Virus record (IMG/VR): IMGVR_UViG_3300031996_000001
Coordinates: 18,692 to 82,691 of that record
DNA: 64,000 bases
Reading direction: 5' to 3' (one strand)
Source: a virus
Lineage: Duplodnaviria; Caudoviricetes
Shown here: in pieces, positions 36,320 to 44,281 of the stretch
How positions within the stretch are numbered: the stretch's first letter is position 1
How the letters are laid out: every line of letters starts with the position of its first letter
Program-made: the position numbers and the translations under genes
The notes under the pieces: generated by a model
What the model was told of the DNA's origin: nothing
Database searches by the model: none
Seen by the model: only the letters and a program-made list of their open reading frames with translations

Positions 36320-36984
36320 TGACCACCCTGCTGCACCGCACCTCCAACGCCTGGCAGACGTTGTGCGCTCTGAAGCTGCGAGGCCCGTGGCGGCCCGGCG
36401 CGCACAACATCGTCGTGCTGGTCGTCCAGATCGCTTCGATCTGGGGTGCGGCGCAGCGGGGCATGGACTACTTCCAGTCGGCCGCGCACGACGGCCAGGT
36501 GCTGTCGGGCATCGAGCAGTCCATCCCGCTGCAGTGGCTGGGGCTGAGCTTCCTGATCCCGGCCGGGATCGCGTTCTTCGGCCTCGCCAGCGGCTGGGCC
36601 CGCCCGCTGGTCGTCGGCCACCTGCTGATCGGCACCACCTACCTGGTGCTGGGCATCACCTACCTGCGCCAGTCCGAGGTCGCTGACGTGCCGCTGGCCA
36701 CCGGAGGCTCGGCGCTGCTGCTGCTCGCCGCGTTCCTGCTGGCCACGAGCTTCCGCAAGATCCCCGACGCCGTCGCCCTGATCACCGGCATGGCCGCGAT
36801 GATCGTCGGCGGCTGGCTGGCCGCCAAGGGGCTCGGCTTCGGCTACCGCACCGGCAACGGCTTCCTGGTCGGCGCCGTCAACCACTTCGCCTTCGGCTTC
36901 GGCACCCAGGTGATGGCCCACCGCGAGCGAGTGCTTCGTCGGGAGGACGAAGACGACTTGGCGGCCCTGAAGGCCGCGCTGTAG
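36319..36984 (+). CDS. Multi-pass membrane protein
   Basis: Several hydrophobic segments. Confidence 0.75.
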   Translation: MTTLLHRTSNAWQTLCALKLRGPWRPGAHNIVVLVVQIASIWGAAQRGMDYFQSAAHDGQVLSGIEQSIPLQWLGLSFLIPAGIAFFGLASGWARPLVVGHLLIGTTYLVLGITYLRQSEVADVPLATGGSALLLLAAFLLATSFRKIPDAVALITGMAAMIVGGWLAAKGLGFGYRTGNGFLVGAVNHFAFGFGTQVMAHRERVLRREDEDDLAALKAAL

Positions 36985-37430
36985 TGGGCGATCTCCCCAG
37001 CAATCTGCTGGACAGCGTCAAGGACAACCCGGTCGTCCAGTGGGCAGTGATCGGCTTCGTCGTCGTCTTCCTGACCACCAACGCAGCGACCCGGCTGAAG
37101 GGCCCCGTCGGCGGAGCCGCCCGCGCGCTGCGGCAGCTCGGTGCCCGTCGTGTCAACCGCGAGGTGGCGGAGCGCCAGGCCGCTCGCCAGGCCCTGATCG
37201 ACCAGGCCAACGAGGGCCGCGAGTACGTCGCGCGCGAGCTGAAGGAGCTGAAGGACAAGGTCGAGGAGCTGCTGATCGACCGGGAGGCGCTGGCTGACCT
37301 GGTCGACCAGCACCTGGGCTGGGACTACGACCGCAAGCAGCAGCTGATCGAGCTGGGCGTGCCCGTCCACCAGATCCCGCCCGCTCCCCCGCTGCGCGTC
37401 ATCAAGAACACGCAGGTCAGCACCGCGTAG
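36984..37430 (+). CDS. TM plus coiled-coil protein (lysis-cassette type)
   Basis: N-terminal TM, coiled coil, C-terminal PPAPP. Confidence 0.7.
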   Translation: MGDLPSNLLDSVKDNPVVQWAVIGFVVVFLTTNAATRLKGPVGGAARALRQLGARRVNREVAERQAARQALIDQANEGREYVARELKELKDKVEELLIDREALADLVDQHLGWDYDRKQQLIELGVPVHQIPPAPPLRVIKNTQVSTA

Positions 37431-37438
37431 AGGCCCCG

Positions 37439-37476
37439 TGTTGACAGAGTTGACACGGGTTGCTATTCTTCTTGCA
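37439..37476 (+). promoter_or_regulatory. SigA-like leaderless promoter with tandem TTGACA
   Basis: TTGACA 37441-46, second 37450-55, TATTCT 37464-69, 6 nt, ATGACGCAGAC 37476. Confidence 0.85.
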
Positions 37477-37727
37477 TGACGCAGACGCCCCAACACCGAC
37501 TACGCCTCAACGGATTCTCCCGCGAGAAGGCCGCGCTGATCCGGCAGATGGAGGACGACGGCTGGACCGGCCGCGTCTCCACCCGGGGCCACGCCCTCAT
37601 GCGCTCGCCTGACGGCACCATGACCTGCTCCGTGGCCCCCAAGACGGGCAGCCCGACCAGGGACATGGGCAACTCCCAGATGATCTACAAGCGGTGGAAG
37701 CGCTCCATCACCGCTCCCTCCCGCTGA
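37476..37727 (+). CDS. HicA-like small protein (MTQT start)
   Basis: EDDGWTGRVSTRGHALMRSPDG..SVAPKTG resembles HicA GW..GH..P pattern. Confidence 0.55.
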   Translation: MTQTPQHRLRLNGFSREKAALIRQMEDDGWTGRVSTRGHALMRSPDGTMTCSVAPKTGSPTRDMGNSQMIYKRWKRSITAPSR

Positions 37728-37746
37728 CAGACAGGACGACGCAGAC

Positions 37747-38607
37747 ATGTGGATCTTCACCGAGCACGGCTTCTTCACCTTCGTGGTGGACCGCAAGGAC
37801 CCCAGCTACGTCTGGCTGCGGGCCCGGATGCGTGAGCACCTGGAGGACAACTTCCCCGGCATCGAGGTCACCGAGCACCCCGGCGCCGACTACTTCTTCC
37901 GGGCCAAGGTGACCCGCGCCTACCTCGCCGAGCAGATGTCCCGGCTGGTCATGGACGCGAACATCACCAGCCACTTCAAGGACGAGATGAACCGCCGCGC
38001 GGCCAAACCGCGCTGGGGCTCGATCTCCCAGGTGATGTACGCGGTCTGGAACGGCGCCGCGCAGTGGCAGCCCTACGCGCCGTACTCCAAGGTGCCCAGG
38101 CCCGAGCCCAAGCCGTTCGTGCCTGCCGCCAAGGGCACCCAGGGCGCGCTGTTCCCGGACTACTCCCGCTACGGCGGCAGCCGGGCCGGGGACTACGACT
38201 GGACCACCGGCACCTGGAAGGGTGGTACCAAGGTCGGGGAGAGCGCGCCGGACCCCCGTGTCAACCAGAGCACGGACATCGCCCCGGAGCGGGCCCGGCA
38301 GATCGCCGACATGCTCGACGGTCTCACCGAGGACGACTTCGAGGAGATCTGGCCGACGCTCTCCGCCGACGAGCAGGCCGCGTACCTGGACTACCAGGAG
38401 GAGCTGGCGGACGCCTGGGATGCCGGGGATGCACCCCAGGCGTCCGTCTCCACCCCGGCAACGCCTGCCCCGGTGTTCTCCCACACCGAGGAGGACCACG
38501 GGGCCCAGGCACGGCTGGAGGAGTGGTTCACCTCCCGCAAGGAGAACGCCTACGCCGCGCCCAAGGGCGGCGGGCGGCGGCGAGGGCGGAAGCGCCGCAA
38601 GAAGTAG
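37747..38607 (+). CDS. Hypothetical protein
   Basis: MWIFTEHGFF..VRAR..L..FP..DY.FRA family pattern; basic tail. Confidence 0.75.
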   Translation: MWIFTEHGFFTFVVDRKDPSYVWLRARMREHLEDNFPGIEVTEHPGADYFFRAKVTRAYLAEQMSRLVMDANITSHFKDEMNRRAAKPRWGSISQVMYAVWNGAAQWQPYAPYSKVPRPEPKPFVPAAKGTQGALFPDYSRYGGSRAGDYDWTTGTWKGGTKVGESAPDPRVNQSTDIAPERARQIADMLDGLTEDDFEEIWPTLSADEQAAYLDYQEELADAWDAGDAPQASVSTPATPAPVFSHTEEDHGAQARLEEWFTSRKENAYAAPKGGGRRRGRKRRKK

Positions 38608-38637
38608 CCTGGAGACCTACCCCGCCAGGTAGTAGAG

Positions 38638-38668
38638 GGCCCCCGGACTCCGGTCCGGGGGCCTTCTT
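38638..38668 (+). terminator. Intrinsic terminator
   Basis: GGCCCCCGGAC-tccg-GTCCGGGGGCC-TTCTT. Confidence 0.75.
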
Positions 38669-38715
38669 GTCGTCCACCCTTCGTAGGGTCCGGTTGACGC
38701 GCCGTCACCCTGTCT

Positions 38716-38755
38716 TGTTGACATTCGTTGACATAGCGGCGCATACTCGGAGCCA
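38716..38755 (+). promoter_or_regulatory. SigA-like leaderless promoter with tandem TTGACA
   Basis: TTGACA 38718-23, second 38728-33, CATACT 38742-47, 7 nt, ATGACGCAGAC 38755. Confidence 0.85.
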
Positions 38756-39123
38756 TGACGCAGACGATCGCCAGACCCGGCACCTACATGAACACCGTCC
38801 CGGCGCGGGTCTCTGACCGCGTGCAGATGGCCCAGACCGTCGGCTACCGCGACTCCCACCTCGGCCTCCGGCTCTACCGCTACGACCTGGTCAGCGTGGC
38901 CGAGGCGCGCGAGGAGTTCGGCGCGACGCTGGAGGACGCCCGGTCCTTCGTCGGCAACTCGACCTGCCAGGAGTGCGGGCTGGCCGCCTGCGAGCTGCGC
39001 GAGTGCTTCGAGTGCGAGACCAAGGGCTGCGCCTGCCTGATCCGCGAGGGAGACCACGATGACCACTACTGGTGCGCTGACTGCACCCGCCCCTGCTACG
39101 GCCGCTGCTGCACCGACGACTGA
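38755..39123 (+). CDS. Cys-rich hypothetical protein (MTQT start)
   Basis: Multiple CxxC pairs. Confidence 0.7.
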   Translation: MTQTIARPGTYMNTVPARVSDRVQMAQTVGYRDSHLGLRLYRYDLVSVAEAREEFGATLEDARSFVGNSTCQECGLAACELRECFECETKGCACLIREGDHDDHYWCADCTRPCYGRCCTDD

Positions 39124-39334
39124 CGTCCTGGTCTACCAGCTGGAGGTCGACGTCGTCCGCGACCGCAACGCCCGGCCGTGGCGCGAGCGCACCCACCACG
39201 TCACCGTGGCCGTGGACGACCAGCCCAGCCTGACCCGGGCCGACACCGAGGCGCGCAACCTCGCGGCCTGGATGTGCTGGCACGTCCGGGGCTCGATGGT
39301 CACCGCCGTGCGCATCGTGGCCGTGGAGCTGTGA
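39059..39334 (+). CDS. Hypothetical protein
   Basis: ORF track; start uncertain (overlaps previous gene). Confidence 0.5.
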   Translation: MTTTGALTAPAPATAAAAPTTDVLVYQLEVDVVRDRNARPWRERTHHVTVAVDDQPSLTRADTEARNLAAWMCWHVRGSMVTAVRIVAVEL

Positions 39335-39342
39335 AGAAAGTT

Positions 39343-39390
39343 TGTTGACACTGTTGACATCGTTGACAGAGAGGAGTCATACTGTGTCCA
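39343..39390 (+). promoter_or_regulatory. Leaderless promoter with triple TTGACA
   Basis: TTGACA 39345, 39354, 39363 (9-bp period), CATACT 39378-83, 6 nt, ATG 39390. Confidence 0.85.
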
Positions 39391-40070
39391 TGATGATCAA
39401 AGAGCCCAGCGCCCCCGCCAGCCCGGCCCAGGTCAGCTACCTGGAAAGCCTGGTCAAGGACCGCGACCTGCCCGCCATCTGCGAGCGCTACCAGCTGCTG
39501 AGCGAGCTGGGCGCGCTGACCAAGGGCCGCGCCAGCGAGTTCATCGACCAGCTGCTGAAGGCGCCGAAGAAGGCCCACAAGGCCACCGTGATGGCCCAGC
39601 CGGTCGTCGCGCCGATCCCGAACCTGGTCCCCCAGCTGAGCGAGCTGCCCGCCTTCGGGTACTACAAGCTCGGCGAGGACGTCCTCTACTACTGGGACGT
39701 GACCGGCAAGGACGCCTACCCCCAGCTGCGGAAGCTGCACATCGGCCAGAGCTACAACTACTCGACCGGCAGCTACGTCACCAAGGGCAGCTGGAAGAAG
39801 ATCTACGGCAGCTACAAGGACGCCAAGGTCACCGCGACCTTCAAGCCCTACGGCGGCAAGGGCTACTACACCGGCGAGAAGACCAGCCAGGTGAGCGTCC
39901 CGAAGGTGCTGGCCGAGGCCGTGGTCGCCGGGTTCAAGCCGCTGACCCAGGCCGAGGCCGGAGCGCTCGGCAAGCAGTTCGGGTTCTGCGTCCGGTGCGG
40001 CGCCACCCTGACCGACCCGGTCTCGGTCGCCGACGGAATCGGCCCGGTCTGCAAGACCTACTGGTTCTGA
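39390..40070 (+). CDS. DUF6011-like protein
   Basis: FCVRCGATLTDPVSVADGIGPVC C-terminal motif. Confidence 0.75.
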   Translation: MMIKEPSAPASPAQVSYLESLVKDRDLPAICERYQLLSELGALTKGRASEFIDQLLKAPKKAHKATVMAQPVVAPIPNLVPQLSELPAFGYYKLGEDVLYYWDVTGKDAYPQLRKLHIGQSYNYSTGSYVTKGSWKKIYGSYKDAKVTATFKPYGGKGYYTGEKTSQVSVPKVLAEAVVAGFKPLTQAEAGALGKQFGFCVRCGATLTDPVSVADGIGPVCKTYWF

Positions 40071-40084
40071 TCCCCACCACGAGA

Positions 40085-40108
40085 GGCCCCCGGTTGACAC
40101 CGGGGGCC
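40085..40108. terminator. Hairpin whose loop is TTGACA
   Basis: GGCCCCCGG-TTGACA-CCGGGGGCC. Confidence 0.6.
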
Positions 40109-40128
40109 CCTGCACGAGAGGAGGCCTG

Positions 40129-40434
40129 ATGGCCTCGAAGAAGAACCAGCCGCTGTGGGTCATGGAGAACCTGCCCGAGCCGCCGATCGTCAAGGGCTAC
40201 TGGGACTACGGGACGGTCTTCTCGGTCTACGCCCACCGGCCGCGCATCGACTACTGGCGCGACCTCTGGCACCAGCTCTACTGGGGCCTCTGGTCCTACT
40301 ACTACTGGGGCAAGAAGGTCCGGAAGTCCCTGCCCTACGCGCTGGCCGACCTCCGGAACTGGCTGCTCCGGCGGCCGTCGGCCTCACCCGCCAAGGTGAC
40401 GAAAGGCCCTGCAGCTGAGAAGACCGGCGTATAG
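40129..40434 (+). CDS. Trp/Tyr-rich hypothetical protein
   Basis: AGGAGG RBS. Confidence 0.7.
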   Translation: MASKKNQPLWVMENLPEPPIVKGYWDYGTVFSVYAHRPRIDYWRDLWHQLYWGLWSYYYWGKKVRKSLPYALADLRNWLLRRPSASPAKVTKGPAAEKTGV

Positions 40435-40472
40435 TTGTCACTGTCAACACGTCGAGTGAGAGGAGGACTCCG

Positions 40473-40850
40473 ATGAGCTACCAGGTCAACGTGGACCATC
40501 CCGAGAACGACGAACGGCAGGCGAAGGACTGGTTCGCCTGGTTCCAGTGGTCGCAGACCCACGCGCCGCTCGCCGGAGTCGGCATCGACGTGATGGCCAA
40601 CATCCTGACCGCCGTGTGCGCCCAGGACGTCGCCGGAGACATCTGCCGGATCCTGGACCTCGGCGGCAAGCTCAGCTTCGTCCAGGCCCGCCTCGTGGCG
40701 AAGATGGCCGACAGCGTGATGAACGATGAAGTCCGGGCGGTCTTCAAGAACGCCGTGGACAACGGCTACGGCGTGACCGTGGAGTTCAGGCGGGGCGGCT
40801 TCGGCGCTCCCAGCGCCTCGGAGTACCGCGAGAAGGAAGCGTCGGCCTGA
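40473..40850 (+). CDS. Hypothetical protein
   Basis: AGGAGG RBS. Confidence 0.7.
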   Translation: MSYQVNVDHPENDERQAKDWFAWFQWSQTHAPLAGVGIDVMANILTAVCAQDVAGDICRILDLGGKLSFVQARLVAKMADSVMNDEVRAVFKNAVDNGYGVTVEFRRGGFGAPSASEYREKEASA

Positions 40851-41299
40851 CCGCACTGAGCCAGCACCTCGCGGACCAGCAGCGGCAGCTGAAGCTGCGG
40901 GCGCCCCTCGGTCAGCGTCTCCACCGCGTGCTCGGCGTTCGGCGCGATGATCGCCTTGAACCGGGTGCACTCCAGCAGCGCGTCGTTGGCGATCGGGTCG
41001 ACCTCGGGACGGCAGTCCTCGCATGGCACCCGGCGCTCCAGGTGCTCGCCGATCTCGATGGCCTTGTGCCAGGGCACCATGCGGCGGTTGACACGGGCGC
41101 ACCACGGCGCGTGCGCGACCGAGGACCGGCCGATCTTCGAGATCAGGTAGGTGCCGTCCTCCAGCCGGTAGACCGCCAGCTCGCTCCAGCGCGCTGAGCC
41201 GGTCCTGGCCGAGGTGGCCGCGCCGATGACGGCCGCCCGGAAGCGCAGCACGCGCGACCCGTCCCGGACCTGGTGCACGGCCACCGAAGGGGCGGTCAT
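40766..41299 (-). CDS. Hypothetical protein
   Basis: RWSELAVYRLEDGTYLISKIGRS pattern; convergent overlap with previous gene. Confidence 0.65.
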   Translation of the reverse strand: MTAPSVAVHQVRDGSRVLRFRAAVIGAATSARTGSARWSELAVYRLEDGTYLISKIGRSSVAHAPWCARVNRRMVPWHKAIEIGEHLERRVPCEDCRPEVDPIANDALLECTRFKAIIAPNAEHAVETLTEGRPQLQLPLLVREVLAQCGQADASFSRYSEALGAPKPPRLNSTVTP

Positions 41300-41301
41300 G
41301 C

Positions 41302-41595
41302 TCAGCTGTCCGAGTCGCGCTTGACCCGGTAGAGGCTGGTCCCCGGGCCGTTGGCCGGTCCGCCCGGCGGCCGGATGCGCACCATGAGGCCTCGGCCGAC
41401 CAGCGCCTTCAGGCGGCTGGCCACCCGCTGCGTGGTGGCGTCCTCGAAGTCGACCTGCACCTTCTTGGCGATGTCAACCGGCCGCATCGCGTCCGTGGCG
41501 ACATCCATGATGCGCTGGTCGAGGGGCATTACCGGTCGGCGAGCGGTGCCCGTGCGGGCTGGAGGCTCCCGGAGCACGATCGCGTCAGCCGTCAT
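41302..41595 (-). CDS. Winged-HTH protein
   Basis: RPVDIAKKV..VASRLKALVGRGLMVR..LYRV; TATTCT-7nt-ATG. Confidence 0.65.
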   Translation of the reverse strand: MTADAIVLREPPARTGTARRPVMPLDQRIMDVATDAMRPVDIAKKVQVDFEDATTQRVASRLKALVGRGLMVRIRPPGGPANGPGTSLYRVKRDSDS

Positions 41596-41665
41596 GCTGC
41601 TGAGAATAGTGCTGAAAGCTCAACAGTGACGGCTGAACGCGCTCGTGTCACCGAATAGAAGGTGC

Positions 41666-42430
41666 TCAGGGGGTCGGCGTGGGCGCAGGACCGAGGCGCA
41701 CGATGGCGCGCGGCGACGTCTCGATCAGCGCCTCCTGCGTCACCTGGATCATCTCGCGGTTCTGCTGGATCGCCAGCATGACCTTCTCCTCGTTGATCTC
41801 GGAGATGGTGATGCGGATGGGTCCGGTGAAGAAGACGCGCGGCGAGCCGGTCATCCCGGGCAGGTCGTAGTAGCCCTCGCTGATGACGACCATGTCGCCC
41901 CAGGCGCTGTAGTCCTGGCCGTCCTGCGGGTTGATCGTGATGACCCCGGCGACCCGGAGCTTGGGCGCGATGTCGGGGTGGACGTGCATGATCGGCCGGT
42001 TCGCCGAGCGCTGGAAGAACTCCCGGCGCGCGTCGGAGATGGCCGCGATGAAGACGTCGAGGTCGGCCAGGCCGGGGTCGGCGACTTCCAGCGCCTCCGG
42101 GCTACCCACCCAGACGTCGGAGAGGCCCTGGCGGACCAGGAAGCCCATGCCGATGGCCATCTCGTTGTGCTCGGCCAGCGCCTTCTTCAGCCAGGTCTCG
42201 TCGTCCGGCTTCTGCGTGCGCGTGTTGCGGCGCAGCGTGGCCACGATCGGGAAGGCGTGGGTGCGGTACGGGCAGACGATCGACCCGTCGTCGCCGATGA
42301 CGTCGGCGGTGACAGCGGGATCGCAGTCGGCCAGGTAGATGGACAGACCGGCCTCGCGGTCGTCCACGCTCTCGCCCCGGTTCCAGTTCCCGGTTCCGGT
42401 CGTGACCTCGGCAGCGTCGAGCAGGCGCAC
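41666..42430 (-). CDS. Putative capsid pentamer / minor capsid protein
   Basis: LLDAA..W..G..C, FPIVA, GDMVVISEGY..FFTGPI..N.. resembles cluster-B-type pentamer protein; GAAGGAG RBS. Confidence 0.55.
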   Translation of the reverse strand: MRLLDAAEVTTGTGNWNRGESVDDREAGLSIYLADCDPAVTADVIGDDGSIVCPYRTHAFPIVATLRRNTRTQKPDDETWLKKALAEHNEMAIGMGFLVRQGLSDVWVGSPEALEVADPGLADLDVFIAAISDARREFFQRSANRPIMHVHPDIAPKLRVAGVITINPQDGQDYSAWGDMVVISEGYYDLPGMTGSPRVFFTGPIRITISEINEEKVMLAIQQNREMIQVTQEALIETSPRAIVRLGPAPTPTP

Positions 42431-42477
42431 GTCTTCTCCTTCAGAGTCGGCGGCCGTCGCCGCGCGTGATCAGGGTG

Positions 42478-43191
42478 TCACAGAGAGGTGAGTGTGATGG
42501 TCCCGTTGCCCGTCAGGTGGGCGTCGAAGATGGACGACCGGGCGACGATGCCCTTGGCCGTGCCGCTGGCCAGGTCCTTGCCCCACTGCAGCGGCAGGTT
42601 GACCGTGGTCGTCGTCCCCAGCGGCACGCTGAAGGTCAGCGGGTCGCTGTAGGTGTTCAGTGGCAGCGAGCGGTCGACGTTCTTGTGCAGCGCGAGCTGC
42701 ACCGTGCCGGAGTCGACCTCCAGCGTCATCGCCACCGAGGCCAGCTTCTTGGTGCTGAAGCTGCTGAAGGCCCCGGCGGCGTAGAACCAGGCGCCGGTTG
42801 ACACGAAGTCCTGGGACTGGGTGAGCCCGAGCGTGCCGTCGGAGCGCCAGTGCCCCGCCGGGTAGGCCGTGGTGATCTCCCAGTTGTCCAGGATCGAGGG
42901 CGCCACGACCAGCGTGCTCGGCGCAGGTGGTGCGGCGGGCGCGGCGGGGGCCACCGGCGAGCCGATCGCCAGCGAGCCGAAGGTGGCCTGGATGAGCAGG
43001 TAGCAGATGTCGTTGACCGCCGGGGCCCAGCTGCCCTTCAGGTAGGGCACGTTGCTGAAGACGTCGCCGTCGACCGACACCGTCAGCGCCCCCGTGGCGA
43101 CCGCCGTGACCTTGCCCTTGCGCAGCACCGCGCCACGGTCGCCGAGCGTCGCCAGCACGCCCAGAAGCGGATCGTCGGCCATCTCAGGCAC
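42478..43191 (-). CDS. Minor tail protein
   Basis: RKGKVTAV..LTVSVDG..VPYL..AP.V.D gp5/OB-like N-terminus; position in tail module. Confidence 0.75.
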   Translation of the reverse strand: MPEMADDPLLGVLATLGDRGAVLRKGKVTAVATGALTVSVDGDVFSNVPYLKGSWAPAVNDICYLLIQATFGSLAIGSPVAPAAPAAPPAPSTLVVAPSILDNWEITTAYPAGHWRSDGTLGLTQSQDFVSTGAWFYAAGAFSSFSTKKLASVAMTLEVDSGTVQLALHKNVDRSLPLNTYSDPLTFSVPLGTTTTVNLPLQWGKDLASGTAKGIVARSSIFDAHLTGNGTITLTSL

Positions 43192-44281
43192 CCTCGGGAG
43201 GCTCGGAGGTCAGACACGTCGCGTTCCAGGCGCCGGTGCCCAGCGGCAGCGTCGTCTGCTGCAGCAGGTAGGTCTTCAGGTGGTTGCCGTCGGGGTCGGA
43301 GGTGGCCACCGGGTCCCCAGCCTCCAGCAGCGGCAGCGGTCCGGCCGACAGCGTCATGGTCGCCTTGTAGGCCAGGCTCTCGGCCAGCAGCCGCTGCGCG
43401 TAGGCGACGCACTGCGCGTCCTGCGTGAAGAACTGGGACGAGTAGAAGCCGGTGATCTTCCCGAATCCGGTCGCGCTGTAGTAGGTCGGCGAGGTCGGGT
43501 CGTTGTCGCTGGCGAAGCCCCAGCACGGCGGGACGTTCGCGTCGGCGGACTGGCCCGAGACCGACCAGGCGTTGTAGACCCCGTCGCGGCTCTCGCCGTA
43601 GGACTCCTCGATCAGCACACCGGCCGGACCGGCGACGACGGAGAAGACCGGCACCAGGTTGGTCAGGTCCGGGGCGTCCACGATGTACCAGCGGCCGTCG
43701 TAGCCGCAGAAGACCTCGGCGTGGATCGACTTGGCCAGCCCCGTGATGGTGTCCCACCGCTCCTTGTCCCAGGCGGCGGTGTCGGTGACCATCTTGTCGA
43801 GGGAGTTCAGCGCGACGATCTGCGCGTCCGGCACCGACTCCAGGATCAGGCTGGAGATCGTGTCAACCGTGCTCGCGCCGTAGGGCGGGGTGCGCGGCCG
43901 GATGAACCGGTCGTCAATGACCAGCTGCTCCAGGCCCTTCAGGGTGATCGCCAGCGAGCCCTTGTAGCCGTTGTCGTAGTCGTAGGCCAGGTACTCCCCG
44001 ACCTGCACGGACTCCTTGATGCCGATCGAGGTGACGCCCATCCGGATCCGCACTCGGGTGCCGTCGATGGCCAGCTGCGTGCTGGCGATGTCCCACGAGT
44101 ACATGGCCAGGGTCGCCGAGGCCGTGTAGCGGGTGTTGGAGCCCCGGTCGCAGGTGACCGTGCCGTCGACCACGGGGATGTCGGCGGCGACCACGACGCC
44201 GTCCCGGACGATGTCCAGCTCGGTGAACATCGTCCGGGAGTAGGACATCGACTCCCGGAACAGCTTGCTGGTGGGGATCAC
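43184..44281 (-). CDS. Minor tail (baseplate hub-like) protein
   Basis: IPVVDGTVTCDRGSNTR..RTP..YN.W.VSG pattern; GTGA overlap. Confidence 0.8.
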   Translation of the reverse strand: MIPTSKLFRESMSYSRTMFTELDIVRDGVVVAADIPVVDGTVTCDRGSNTRYTASATLAMYSWDIASTQLAIDGTRVRIRMGVTSIGIKESVQVGEYLAYDYDNGYKGSLAITLKGLEQLVIDDRFIRPRTPPYGASTVDTISSLILESVPDAQIVALNSLDKMVTDTAAWDKERWDTITGLAKSIHAEVFCGYDGRWYIVDAPDLTNLVPVFSVVAGPAGVLIEESYGESRDGVYNAWSVSGQSADANVPPCWGFASDNDPTSPTYYSATGFGKITGFYSSQFFTQDAQCVAYAQRLLAESLAYKATMTLSAGPLPLLEAGDPVATSDPDGNHLKTYLLQQTTLPLGTGAWNATCLTSEPPEGA

